Assembly: GCA_951406725.2 (NCBI GenBank)
Contig: OX597815.1
Location: 87,420,001-87,484,000, forward strand
DNA: 64,000 nt
Direction: 5' to 3'
Origin: Octopus vulgaris
Taxonomy: Eukaryota
Shown here: positions 1 through 12,119 of the stretch, in pieces
How the letters are laid out: each line of letters begins with the position of its first letter
Numbering within the stretch: position 1 is the stretch's first letter
Notes under the pieces: model-generated
Seen by the model: only the letters and a program-made list of their open reading frames with translations
What the model was told of the DNA's origin: nothing
Databases searched by the model: none
Made by a program: the position numbers and the translations under genes

Positions 1-247
1 AATTATCGCACATTACTACAGTCCTAGAGGAAGTTATGGTTCATATGGTTTTAAAAGTAATATAATATATAGAAAGAAATATATTATAGTTTTTGCAATG
101 CTTGATATTTCTTAAGGCGCTACATACCGTGGATCATAACTAAAGCGTCATGCTGACTCTAGGATATCACAGTCTGTCCAAAGAACCAGTCGACAAACAC
201 CTGTATTTCCTTGACCATAATGTGGTTTAATACTTCTACATTACAGT

Positions 248-295
248 ATGGAGCTTGAGCGTCTTGAAGAGAAATTTGAACTTTTGAGAAATGAA
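248..295 (+). CDS. CCDC149: CCDC149 coding exon 1 (MELERLEEKFELLRNE)
   Basis: ATG at 248, 16 open codons, GAA|gtaagt donor at 296; phase 0 joins exon 2 in frame. The position fits the N-terminus of long CCDC149 isoforms. The preceding ttacag could be an acceptor for an upstream UTR exon. Confidence 0.75.
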
Positions 296-3063
296 GTAAG
301 TTTAACGCAAAAAATATCTGTACAGAACTACAACACTCAATGGTTTTTCTTTATATCTTGAGATGACACTCACTCATTGTTTACTAAATTCCATTGTGGT
401 TTCTTCTCTGCGATCTCTCAAACAAACCACCCACCACCTTTTCTTCATATCTCAAAGTTATGTGGAACGGCATGAACATCTCAGTTTTCATGTTATCTTT
501 TATGTGTACGAGGTTCTCGTAAAGGAAGTCATTATGCATCACCTTTTACCTATGGCCATATTTTGATTCAACTCCTCGCATTTCCTACGTTTATTTAGAG
601 AATTATAGCATAGCTTAGGAAATATTTAATGAACACACCCGCCACCCATATATATATACATATATATTATCTATAAATATGTGTGATTGGGAATCATTCT
701 GTCATCTTAAACGATATTGAATCCTTGTCATTTAGAAAACATCTTCAGGAAATTCTTGATGAAAACAGATTTTTGTGAATACGTGTTTTTATAAGTGTAC
801 ATATTTTATACATGTATTTCACCTTCTCAACTAGATAGTGTGAAAATGCATGTGTGGGGGTATATATAGATATAAGAACAAGCACCTTAGACGAGTAATA
901 ACTTCTTTTTTTTTTTTGTACTTTAATTGAAACCATTTCACTTTTATAACGTGTCTGTTTGGTGATTGTCAGCGGTTCGGAAATATGGGTTCCATCAGAT
1001 TCGTGTCTGTTTTGATATTTCGCCAAGTTCGAAAGCTTCAATGATACTCCAACGATTCAATTTGCTCCAAAACATCAACATAAATATTTATGTAAAACAT
1101 AGATGTGTGTGCATGTACTCACTAAGTTTAAGAAATATTGAATACCTTCCAACGCTCTATGAATTGTTTTTTTTTTAACTATCTGAAGACAGGAGCCAGT
1201 ATTACAATTAATTAACGTACTCTTTTCTTCATTAGCTTCGTTGTCTTTGTTAAACCACGGCGTCTTTTTGCCTATTAATTGTACGGGTAACTGTGATTTA
1301 ATATCCGTGATCATTTGGCTCGGCGTGCAGCACATTAATCTTTAGGTTTCGATTAAAGCTGATAGTCAGTCAAATAACTAAGTAGAAACCAGAAGTCCGG
1401 TGTTTCAGACATGTGAAGACCACAGTATGCATACTCCGACAGCGTGTGCTTGTTGCATTCTCTCCGTTGTCCAGTTTGTTTTCGTTTACCTCTTGTAAAC
1501 CCCGATCGAGGAAACCTGCGATTAAAGGCATTCAAGCCATTACCATCACGTCTTTTTAGGGAGATCTAGTATTACATTATCAATGTATTCATCCCTTATT
1601 TATTGATAGTAGCAAGTGATATAAGGGAAACTTGGTCGCGATCACTTAGAGGCTCCTCTGTAAATTCTAGTGGTGACTACATTAGATGTGAGCAACATTA
1701 CAACGGTATTTATGTTGGTATGCATCTCATCACAATATTTGAAAGTAATGACGGTAATGCTACCAGTGATATTTTTGCGTTCCTCGAAAAAGGGTAGTAT
1801 TGATATTGCAGTAATTTGTAGCGTTTAGTAGATGTGTTTGGGGATGATTGAACACAGCATATACGGAATGTCAAGGACTCTGTATTTGTATGTAGGTAAT
1901 TCATAGCATTTGTTTTTTATGTGCATGTATATGTTTATATTGTTGTTGCTTCTGCTTTGATCCCTGACTCTTAAGGCTTTCATCACGTTAACTAGCGCTT
2001 AGTTTTAGCTTATGTGGAAACCAGTAGCTGAAAAACAAAACCCTTAGTAATCCTGGATCACAATTTATACTATCTTTTTTTCAGTTTTGTCTTTTATGTC
2101 ATTCCTAGCTTATAACATTACGATTATTTATCATCATCGTCATTATCATTCATTGTTAGCGCCCGTTTTTCATGCTATCATAGGTTGGATGGTTTGACAA
2201 AAACCAAGAAGCCAGAGGACTGCACCAAACTCCAATGTCTGCTTTGACATGATTTTTACAGCTGGATACCCTTCTTAACAACAACCACTTTACAAAGTGT
2301 AGTGGGTTCTTTTTATGTGGTGTTGATACTAGTGAGATCATGAACTAACTTGCAAGACAATACCCCTCAACTGAGGAGGTTGTGGTATTAAGGGAGATGG
2401 ATTTATGCTAGGTGATGAGTGGTTAAAGTATGGTAGAGGGATAGAAACAAGTGTTTTACAGTAGAAGAGGTACATGGCTACCCTAATTGGAAGAGGAGAG
2501 AAGATAGTGAAGAAGTGTTAGGGCATACTCTCAACTTACAGGAAGCTGAATGTAAGAAAAATGTTCCAGAAGATTGGATTGGTAAGTTCGCAAGAGTGGC
2601 AGATGAATAAAAATGGAGATAGCGCTGTACACTTGCAAGGTGAACACAATTGGGGTGGTTAGGAGGAAAAGGTAGAGGCATTAGGAGGCAGTACAGGTAA
2701 TGTAGAGTGTGTGTAGTGTGCAAGAGATGCACAGCACCAGGGATGAGGTCAGAGGTCCATAGGGGTGGAAATAGTGAGATAAATCTGGAATTTCTTTTCT
2801 AGCTCTGATATAGAATCTGCTTTGAGAACAAGATCATCAACATATAGTAGTTCCCAGGAGCTGCCAGTCTTGAATTCCTCTGTTATGGCTTCACGGACTC
2901 TGATGGAAAAGAGGGAACTGTGGACTGAGCCCTGATGAATGCCTGCCTGTACACCAAATTGTTTACTGTACTTGTAGTTAATACAGTTCTATATTTAAGA
3001 GATGAGGAATTACATACATTATTTATATTTGACGGATATTTGTCCTCATCTTGTTTGTTATTA

Positions 3064-3108
3064 ACACAACGTTTTGGCTGATATACTCTCCAGCCTTCAT
3101 CAGGTGTC
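3064..3108 (-). ncRNA. Minimal type I hammerhead ribozyme motif (one core substitution)
   Basis: ACAC CTGATGA A GGCTG-loop-CAGCC aAAAC GTT GTGT; helix II is perfect, and GAAAC has become AAAAC. Confidence 0.7.
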
Positions 3109-3395
3109 TTGGGGAAATTTCGAACCTGGGTTCTCATTCCTAAGGTATTTTTCAATGTTATTATTACTATTATTATTCAGGTCACTGCCTGGAATCGAAC
3201 TTGGAATCTTGGGGTTAGTAGCCCACACTCTTAACCACTATGCCATGAGCATATGGCATAGTGGATAGTGGTTAAGAGCGTGGGTTACTAACCCCAAGAT
3301 TCAGAGTTCAATTCCAGGCAGTGATCTGAATAATAATAATAATAAAACATCAAAAAATACCTTTGGAATGAGAACCCAGTTTTGAAATTTCCCAA

Positions 3396-3440
3396 GACAC
3401 CTGATGAAGACAAGAGGGTATATCAGCCGAAACGTTGTGT
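3396..3440 (+). ncRNA. Minimal type I hammerhead ribozyme motif (helix II damaged)
   Basis: ACAC CTGATGA AGACAA..CAGCC GAAAC GTT GTGT; the core boxes are intact, with a palindromic AACGTT. Confidence 0.7.
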
Positions 3441-5086
3441 TAACAACAAACAACATGTGGACAAATATCTGTCAAATATAAATAATGTACTTGTTATATT
3501 TCAACTTACTAACAGCATCTCTGTACATGGCCTGTACATCTTTCACAAGCCACTCATCTACCCCTTGCCTCCTCAGAGCCACCATATCACACAGTGGGGT
3601 ATTCTATCAAAGGATTTCTCTAGATCAACAAATGCCAAGTGTAACAGTTTGTTCTTAGCTAAATACTTCTCTTGCAGTTGTCTGACTATAAAAATAGCAG
3701 TAGTGCTTCTCCCCAGAGCAAAGCCAAATTGCATTTCATCTAGCCTAGTTCTGTTCCTAATTAGTTTATAACTCTCTCCATAATTTTCATCACCTGGTCC
3801 TATAATTTGATGCCTCTATAATTATTTCTGTCTAAGGAATATCCTTTACCTTTGTAGCAACTAATTTTAATGCTGCTACACTTGTCACTAAGGATTACAC
3901 CTTCCTCAGGTGCAGTCCCAGGAATTTTTTGAAGGGAAGACACAAGGTCAGAAGGGTATACAGTTCCAAAAGAAAAGGACATAATAACATTATTTAGAAG
4001 GGTGCACTTCCTTTTTTGAGGATGGCACATGCCCCTCAGGCTATCCCCTGTTCCTGAATAATCTGATTAACTGAGTGACTATCAAATATTTTGAGCATCT
4101 CAGCAGTGACTCCTGATGGCCCAGAGTTTTTTCCTGTTTTCATATCTTTAATTGCCTCAACTACCATACTGCTGTCCACTAGGATAGCTAGTTCCTCTTT
4201 TTGGTTTACTGGATGCAGGCTCCCTTTATCATATTCATTCTCCACATTTAATAGCTTTGCGTAGTAACTCTTCTATACCTCTTTCTTGTCAGAATCACTA
4301 AGTGCAAGCTCACCATTATCCATCTGTACAAACTTCTCTCTCACAACATCTTGATTTTCTCTCACACATGGCCTAGCAATCCAAAACACCTCAAGTCTCT
4401 GATCTTCATGTAAAACATTAGCTAGCCTCTCCCTTTCTGCTTCTGTCCTAGCTATATAAACCTGGCATCTAGCTTCCCTATCTAGCTATCTGGTATGATT
4501 CTTTGCTAATCCCAATTTTCCATTCTTTCCAGACTCATCTCTTCTCTTTTATAGCCCTCTCAACCTCACTGTTCCACCACCATGCCACTCTTGGTCTAGC
4601 AGTGGCTTTGCTGCAACCATAAATTTGGTCTGTCACCCTCCATAGATTGTAAGAACTTCAAGTTGTCCTCCACACCATATGTCTGTGTCTCTTCCTCCTC
4701 CTTGTCAAAAGCTTCATTAAGAACATCTCTAAATCTCTGCCCATTTGAAAGATCCTTGAGCTTCCACAATCTTCTTTTCTATATCAGCTTGCATCTCTTA
4801 ATCCTTCTGGTCCCAAGCTTGAAATCACTAACCACTAATCTATGTTGAGTTGTAGTTGTACATTCTTCACCTTGGAAAGATTTGCATTTACAAACATTCA
4901 CCACTCTATCTGTCTGATGAGGATGTAGTCAACCTGGCTAGTGTGCCCACCAGATTGATAAGTGATCAGATGTTGGCAGGTTTCCAGAAGTTAGTGTTGT
5001 AGACATGTCAGCCATGTGTATCATTATATATATATATAATATCCCTCCCTCCCTTCCTCCCTGCATCCATCCATCCATCTATCTAC

Positions 5087-5690
5087 AGGGTGTAGTGAAT
5101 AAACAATCTAAATTACATAAAAATGAAAATGAAACTGACATTTCATTTTAAGATATATTTACCAAAATTACACAAAAATATCTTGAAATACTAAAGAGTA
5201 AATCCATTCAATAAAATCGCCATTAGCTTCAACCACAGACGACTTCGGTATCTCCTGTAATTCTTTTGGATGGTCTCTGCCATAAACCTTGCCTTCAGTT
5301 CATCTTGGGTATTACAAGTTTTGTTGGTCTCTCACTCAACTGTATCCTACACAATAATCAAGGTGGTTGCAGTCTAGGGAGTTAGGTGGTCAGATGTTAG
5401 GGGTGATGTGGTTGCAAAAATTGTCTAACAGCCATGGCCAGGTTCTCCTGCTTTTGTGGCATGGTGCAGAGTCCTGTTGCCAGACATAGGGTCTTCCAGC
5501 AGCCACCCTCTTGGCCCAGGGCAGCTGTACCTCCTCCAGGCACTTGAGGCCTCCATGTTGAGTGTGAGGCTGTGTGGGAAGATGAATGGAGGCATAACAT
5601 CGCCATCACTAGTGGTCACTCCAAACACCATAATGTTGACTGGATGTTTCATTTTCATCATTCTTGGTATATCTCCTCAGATTGACACCC
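5087..5690 (-). mobile_element. Tc1/mariner-superfamily transposase remnant
   Basis: Frameshifted minus-strand KHPVNIMVFGV.TSDG.VMPPFIFP, QQDSAPCH-like and PPNS.DCN.LDY-like segments; TA-CAGGGTG terminus. Confidence 0.8.
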
Positions 5691-5745
5691 AAATACTCTG
5701 AAATGTTTGTATTAGAGCTTCCATCATGAATGCCAAATAAATTTC

Positions 5746-6064
5746 TAGTTGTGAAGTGTAAAGTCAGCCTTAGTAAGATTTGAACTCTGAATTTAATGAT
5801 GATAATGATTTCTAGTATTGGCCCAAGGCAACATACTTGGTTCCTGGAGAAGCATCACATATTCTGGTGCATATTTAGTTAAGTCTCATTACATTCTGAA
5901 TTTAAATCCATTGAAGACCTGCTTTGCCTTTTGTTTTTCAGTCCAGAGTATGTGATGCTTCTCCAGGAACCAAGTATGTTGCCTTGGCCCAATACTAGAA
6001 ATCATTATCATCATTAAATTCAAAGTTCAAATCTTACTAAGGCTGACTTTACACTTCACAACTA
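5746..6064. repeat. 122-bp inverted duplication with 75-bp spacer
   Basis: 5746-5867 is the reverse complement of 5943-6064, with 3 mismatches by eye. Confidence 0.95.
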
Positions 6065-6133
6065 TTGAATTGCTAAATTAAGTAAATGGAGTTGATTGAG
6101 TCTACTATATCCTTTCTTCAGATTTGTGACCTT

Positions 6134-6965
6134 TGTAATGGCATACTGTTATGATGCATCGTCAGGATCACCAATTTGTAACGATAGGGGATTATGAATT
6201 TGCAACAGCTGGAATTAATTTGTAAACAATAGTGTGGAACATCGGAGTCGTAAACAGTTTTTAAGGATTGGTTCTTTGTTGATTGCCATTATGTAAAGAT
6301 GAAAAAACAGTGATTGAAGTTGTGAAGAAAATGTTTATTACCATTACATTGTATATTACCTTGCCTCGACGCACAGGTGATAAAATTGTAAAGCATGTGA
6401 AGTAAGATTGATGTAGATTTTCCTTGTATAGTTTGTGTTTGTGTTCTGATCATTGTGTAGTATTAATTACAGATAGAGATGGAGTAAAGTTCTAAAAAGA
6501 AAATGAGCTGAGCTATGTCTCACATAGTTGCTGGTTGTAACTTTCTTCTTCCCTCTGGCCGTTTGTCATTAGCGGCTGCCTGTTTGTGGCCATGATTCTG
6601 GTGGTCCATTCACTAATTGATGGTTGCTCTCTCTAACTCGGATTCTCACTAACTGGAGTTGTCACTAACTGACTTTTGCTTGGGTCTTCTTGCTTTTATA
6701 ACTATCCAGAAGGATAGACATATCGTTGAGAACAATTGATTTTGTTAGTGGCACTTGTTATCTTAATTCTAGCTTTTGTTGACCGAGAAGAGGTCAGAAG
6801 GGTCAAGTGGTGAAGACATTATTTTGCTTAGCTAAGGCATCTGGCAAATGTAAACTGCTGTCACAGAAAAAACTATTGTTTTACTGTGAAAAGTGCTGTT
6901 GAAGTGTTAATTTAAATTTGGCTATCTAGGATCAAATCTACTTCATGTCTGCAAGATCAACTACA
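6134..6965 (-). mobile_element. Solo LTR (probably Gypsy-type)
   Basis: TGTA...TACA termini, CCTT target-site duplication (6130-6133 and 6966-6969), minus-strand TATAAAA (~6694-6700) followed by AATAAA (~6334-6339); 832 bp. Confidence 0.75.
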
Positions 6966-7406
6966 CCTTTTACCAATAATAGAAATCATTATTATTATTT
7001 GGATGGCAGAATTAAATGGCCTTGTATTTAATTATATCTCTTGACATTCTGCATTTACTTTCTGCCGAAGTCAATTTTCATTTCATCTTTCTGGAATTGA
7101 TGAAAAATATTGAGATTGATTTCATCATTTACATTCTCCCTTCCAAATTTGGATCTTGTACCTAAAGAAGAAATTATTTACATAATTGTCTGAAGGTAGT
7201 GAAGTTGGTACAGAGAAAAGGGAGTTAAACGAGATCAAATGCTTCAAGTTCAGGGTTTAATGTATCTGAGTTCAAATCCAGTTGTGACATCAATTTAATT
7301 TTCCCATCTGAGATGGTGCTGAGTGGTTTCGGTCAACCTACTTCACTCATTGCTAAGTCAAACTAAATATATTGTCTACTTTATTTTCCATCTTTTCTTA
7401 CTTTAG

Positions 7407-7565
7407 CATCAAGCATGTCGGAGAAAACTTGACAGTAAATGTGAGGCATTGTTGATTTTAAGTCGGGAGATGGATCAGTGTCGCAGTGAGCGAGATCAGT
7501 TCAAGCTAATGGCTGAGCAGTTGCAGGAACGCTACCAGACTCTGAAACGGCAGCTAGCTGGCAAG
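7407..7565 (+). CDS. CCDC149: CCDC149 exon 2 (HQACRRKLDSKCEALLILSREMDQCRSERDQFKLMAEQLQERYQTLKRQLAGK)
   Basis: Polypyrimidine tract + tttag acceptor, AAG|gtaagt donor. Resembles vertebrate CCDC149 as recalled (CKRKLESKKEALLILSKELD...ERDQYKLMANQLRERHQ). Confidence 0.95.
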
Positions 7566-9700
7566 GTAAGTTCTAGTCTTCTGTTTCACCACTATAGTCA
7601 AGTTTGCATTGATAGAAACATAATCTTTCCTTCCCTTTCATACAAACCCCAGTTTACTCAATTACTAATAATCAAAGATGCAAACACACACTCATTCATT
7701 TATTCATACACCCATACCACTTTTAGAGTAGGACATTCTCATATCAGACAGGAGTGAACAAGATGAGTATTGTTGGTATGGAATTGAAAAGTTAGATCTA
7801 TATATAATGTAGGAGACACGCATTGGGGGAATGTGAGTTCCAAGGAACAGGAGTACTCAAAATGAAGGATTGGCATGATGTAACATTTGCTGTGATTCTT
7901 GAAAAAACAAAAAAGCATGAGGGAAGGGTTCAGTAGGTAGCGAGATCGTGTCAACAGCTCACATCAAGAAGTAGGTTGAAACAGGTATGTTCTGATAAGT
8001 AACAGCAGCAAAAGAAGCAGAGAGAGAATACATAATAAAGAGTCAAAGATTGAAGATTGTTTCAGTAAGAGTGACTCTATTGATTTTTTTTTTCTTTTAA
8101 TGTGATTTAGGATGCCACTAATTTAAAGTTTTGAGCCATTCTAAAAATGAGGAAAATATTCTATATAGATGGCCAAATGGATATGATACTGGGCTACCAA
8201 CTACCATGGTTCATGAGTTCAGATTCACTGTAGATGTTGGGTCTTTGAGTAAGGGTGCTTTAATTTCATATACTTCAGTTTACCTTACCATCAAGAATAA
8301 ATACAAGAACTTTGGGAAAAGATACCTGCAATAGACAGTCATTCTATCCAGGCAAAGATATGTCTCTCATCCAAATAATAGTGGGGTTGAGTGCAGATTA
8401 AGCAATTGTACAGTGAGCTCTTGAGGTTTGTGAAAGGATTAACTAACTGTATCTATACCTTGTAGACAGTTATGTATTTACTGTGTTGAAATATTTTTTG
8501 CATTAATGAGAAAACTAAATCTCTTTTTGAGGAAGTTTTAACATGTTGAATATGTGGGGATTTCTCTGAGAGTTTTTCATAAGAAATGAGCATGTTATAT
8601 GATTTATCTGCCTAAAAATAAATAATGTTTGAATTTTTACATCATTAGATATGACCTGATTCCTGGATTCCTGTTCAAGGATCTTCTTTGGTAGAAGAAG
8701 TAGATGTTTAGATAAAGCTGCTGCTAATACCAGTAAACATGGCATAAAAGATTTTAAGGTCATAGATAAAAAGTTCATGTTCAATCCTTGGAGATACAAA
8801 TATTTATGGGGCAGAAGATTGAGTGAGTACCTCTGATATAACGAAATATTGTTCAGCCATTGATACAGCTTTGAATACTGGTGAATAGTTCTGAGTATAA
8901 CCTATGAAAAAAGGAGTTTGATCAAGAGGTTTGCATACCACGTTTATCAAAGGATGTTCTAATCAGTATAAAAATCTTGGTTTCTATTTTTTTTTTCTAA
9001 CCTAGCAGTACTGTCTCAGATGTAAGTTTGGAAGACCAGATGGTCTGTTTCTTTTAGCTGAAGGGTATATGGTTATTTGATTTTAACCTTCATGTAAGAA
9101 TATGAGCTTATTTTTGAGTAAGGGGTCAAGATAACACCACCTAGACATGTGAATTTGGCAATTTTATAAAGATGGATGATTTGTTGGACTGAAGCAGCAG
9201 AAGAATGGGAAGAGATTTGTGTTAAAAGTAAAGTGGGATTTTAAATGGAAAGCAAAGCTCTTGCTTTTGGCTACAAGGATACTGTTACTATAACAGTCCA
9301 GGAAATTACTTAGAATTAGTCAAGAAAAAGATTTGAGCAATCAGGGAGAGAAAACAGTTTTTTTTTTTTGGAAAGGGCTGGAGAAACAGTATACCATGTG
9401 AAATTTTTCTTTTCATATTTTTGCCATTAATGTTTGCACCATTTTCCTCACACATCTGTATAAATCCACCTAAAACATTACAATTTTAATGCAGATTTGT
9501 TTTATATATCACACATTCACTCATAATCACGAACTTTTGCACATCTTCATAGATGCAAATGACTGCACAGACACAAATACTTCCATGCTGTGACTGCACA
9601 TATGCCAACACACCCTTCTACACTCCTTTGCATTCATCCACACCCACAGTCACTAAACCTTTTTTATTTTCTCTCCCTGTTTACGCTTATTTCTGTGTTC

Positions 9701-9736
9701 CTTTCTGTTGAAGAGCTTAGGCTTGAAACATAAAAG
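9701..9736 (+). ncRNA. Degenerate minimal hammerhead-like motif in a repeat ending at (CT)n
   Basis: CTTT CTGTTGA A GAGC-TTAG-GCTT GAAAC ATA AAAG. Helix I (CTTT/AAAG) and helix II are present; the core has substitutions. Confidence 0.55.
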
Positions 9737-9829
9737 ACTTTCTCACTTCCCGAGCATTAAACTAATACATCTGTTTGTTGTTTACACACTCATCTTCATC
9801 TTTTGTTTTTTTGTAAATTCTGTCTGTCT

Positions 9830-9836
9830 GTCTGTC

Positions 9837-9921
<85 letters not shown>

Positions 9922-9930
9922 ATCTATCTT
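9830..9930. repeat. (CTGT)n/(CT)n microsatellite
   Basis: Direct reading. Other long tracts include (CA)n 18365-18422, (GT)n 35686-35760, (TA)n/(GA)n 40876-40968 and (TA)n 43200-43276. Confidence 0.97.
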
Positions 9931-10055
9931 TCCCTTTTACGATCCCTTTTGATCGAAAACCTACCCCACTTTTTTTTTTTCTTCCCAAAAAAGAAAAGCT
10001 CTACTTTGTAATCTGTCCCGTCTGTGTGCAGCCCTGTGTGGCTAATTAAGAAACA

Positions 10056-10125
<70 letters not shown>

Positions 10126-10217
10126 AATATGATTTCAGTCAATTAGACAGGTACATATACAATGTTATTCATAGTTGTTGTGTGAGAAATATTATAAGCA
10201 TATATCTATTATTTCAG

Positions 10218-10277
10218 GGTTTTGGTGGCACCTCTTTCTACAGTGGAGATAGGCCTGACTGTAGAGCAGAAGGACAG
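10218..10277 (+). CDS. CCDC149: CCDC149 exon 3 (GFGGTSFYSGDRPDCRAEGQ)
   Basis: tttcag acceptor, CAG|gttagt donor, 60 nt, phase 0/0, open; occupies the variable linker position. Confidence 0.8.
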
Positions 10278-10911
10278 GTTAGTAAATTAGAATGTGTACT
10301 TATTTATGCTAAATGTTGAGTGACAGTACAGGTGGCATATCAGAGTGAACATAATTAAGTTGCTGGTTTCATTTTTACTGTCTGAATAATACTCCTGATG
10401 CTCTATCATGGTTGATAGATTGCAGATCTGTGATTTTCAAGATTATTATTTGTGTTTTCTTTTTGTTGTTTTTATCTTAGCCTATAGTCTGCCGTGATGG
10501 GATATGTCATGTTCAGAAAGATGAAATAATTTTGTGAAAGAGATTAGCATTATAAAAATGGAGTAGGGGTCCTCATAATGAAGTGCTATGTGTAACTTGT
10601 GGCATAATTAGTGTTTTAAGGAGAGAAATGGTATGGTTGATAAGAATTGGAAATTTGATTGCAACATGCAGGAGTGCAGCCAGCAATTTTTCTAGGTAAA
10701 TACTTTATTGTATGCATGTATACAAATATATTAAACATATACACACATACAGAGTTACTATGTGAAAGAGTCATGATGGCTATTTAAAAAATATATATGC
10801 TTTTACAATTAATTCTGTTTTATTTCTTGATAGTATTGTATATTATAAAGTGCTAAGAAGTATATTACACTATCAAGAAATAAAATAAAAGTAATTTAAC
10901 TGTATATGGAT

Positions 10912-11288
10912 AGGCACAGGTGTGACTGTGTGGTAAGAAGCTTACTTCCCAACTACATGGTTCCAAGTTCAGTCCCACTGTGTGGCACCTTGGGAAAGTG
11001 TCTTCTACTATAGCCTCAGGCTGACCAAAGCCTTGTGAGTGGATCTGGTAGATAGAAACTGAAAGAAGCTTCTCGTATATATGTGTGTGTGTGTCTGTGT
11101 TTGTTCCCCACTACCGCTTGACAGCTGATGTTGGTCTGTTTACATCTCTGTAACTTCGTGGTTTGGCAAAAGAGAACGATAAAATAAATATCAGACACTG
11201 GGATTGATTCATTCAATGAAAAATTCTTCAAGGTGGTGCCCCAGCATGGCCATAGTCTAATGACTGAAACAAGTGGAAGATAAAAGAC
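10912..11288 (+). mobile_element. tRNA-derived SINE (major family in this window)
   Basis: A/B-box-like head and conserved body (caccttgggaaagtgtcttctactatagcc...gaaactgaaagaagc). Related copies at ~18430-18570(-), 32070-32230, 35530-36135, 37510-37660(-), 39070-39220(-) and 45483-45615. Confidence 0.85.
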
Positions 11289-12014
11289 GTGTGTGTTTGT
11301 ATGTGTGCATGCATATATAAATAGTTAGACTCACATAGAGGGGTTGGACAAAATAATGGAAACACCTTAAAATTTCAAACAAATTTATTTTAATATGGGG
11401 TAGGACCACCTTTGACAGTAATTACAGTGTGAATTCTATGAGGTATGGACTTGTACAAAGTTTGAATTGTTTCCAAAGAAATTTTTGTTCATTCTTCAAC
11501 TAAAATGGTTTACAAAATTCAGTTGTAAAATAAGCTGTGCCAACCACTATTCTCTCAACCATACTATCAAGAAAGAAATGAATTTAGAATGGCCATTATT
11601 AAATTCCATATTTCCTTTGATTTGAATATTCATTATTGCTGTATGTACTTCCTCTTGAGAATATGCTTCCCTAAAAATTCAACCAGTTAATGTTGCAAAA
11701 AAAAACCCCACTAGTTCTTGTCTAGTCATCAAATTTTAATGATGTTAAATCTAATTTGGTACTTAAATGAGTCTAATTTTGAGAAACTAAGGCATTATAA
11801 ACATATTTTAATATAAACTGTTATTCTTATATGTTGTAACCTTTTTGCTTACATCTACAATTTATGAGTACTGCTAAAATTTCAGATTAATAAATGAATA
11901 AATAATGTTTGGGGAAAGGGATAGTATACAGTTGATGAACGTCATTTGTGAATGCTTCTAGGTGTCTTTATGGCTCTATTGATATTTTAATTTAGCACTT
12001 TTTCCTACTTCTAG

Positions 12015-12119
12015 AATATTCACAAGTTGCTCTCTGATTCTCGGGATCATAGCAAATCATTACAATTTGAAGTGGATGATATGAAACAGAAACTTTCTGA
12101 TGCTCAGGGAGATATCAAG
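12015..12119 (+). CDS. CCDC149: CCDC149 exon 4 (NIHKLLSDSRDHSKSLQFEVDDMKQKLSDAQGDIK)
   Basis: ttctag acceptor, AAG|gtattt donor; resembles NLAQLLRDSQD...QRLGEVQGDNK. Confidence 0.92.

Larger units (their letters stand above)
2976..3485. mobile_element. Head-to-head inverted pair of a tRNA-headed, hammerhead-containing element
   Basis: Arms ~3015-3246 and ~3254-3489 are reverse complements. Each has an A box (TGGCATAGTGG), a B box (AGTTCRATTCC) and an HHR core. TGTACTTGT is duplicated at 2967-2975 and 3486-3494. Confidence 0.85.
2800..5005 (-). mobile_element. Decayed RTE-type LINE (EN-RT ORF remnants), interrupted at 2976-3485
   Basis: Minus-strand fragments such as MKTGKNSGPSGVTAEMLK and YKGKG..LDRNNYRGIKL. 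Segments 2850-2965 and 3500-3530 align by eye with the younger copy at 31015-31190. Confidence 0.85.

Noticed and set aside
1-1600. CpG-enriched 5' region with ETS/YY1-like motifs as a promoter or alternative first exons
   Set aside because: Plausible, but the short motifs are not specific enough to place a TSS or exon without transcript data.
3181-3325. Two tRNA genes with anticodon ACT
   Set aside because: No convincing acceptor stem or T-arm pairing and no oligo-T terminator; they are SINE-like heads of the inverted element.
11232-11285. SINE tail (agtc-taat-gact-GAAACAAGT) resembling the 3' half of a hammerhead
   Set aside because: No CTGANGA box upstream in any copy seen here; too little to call.
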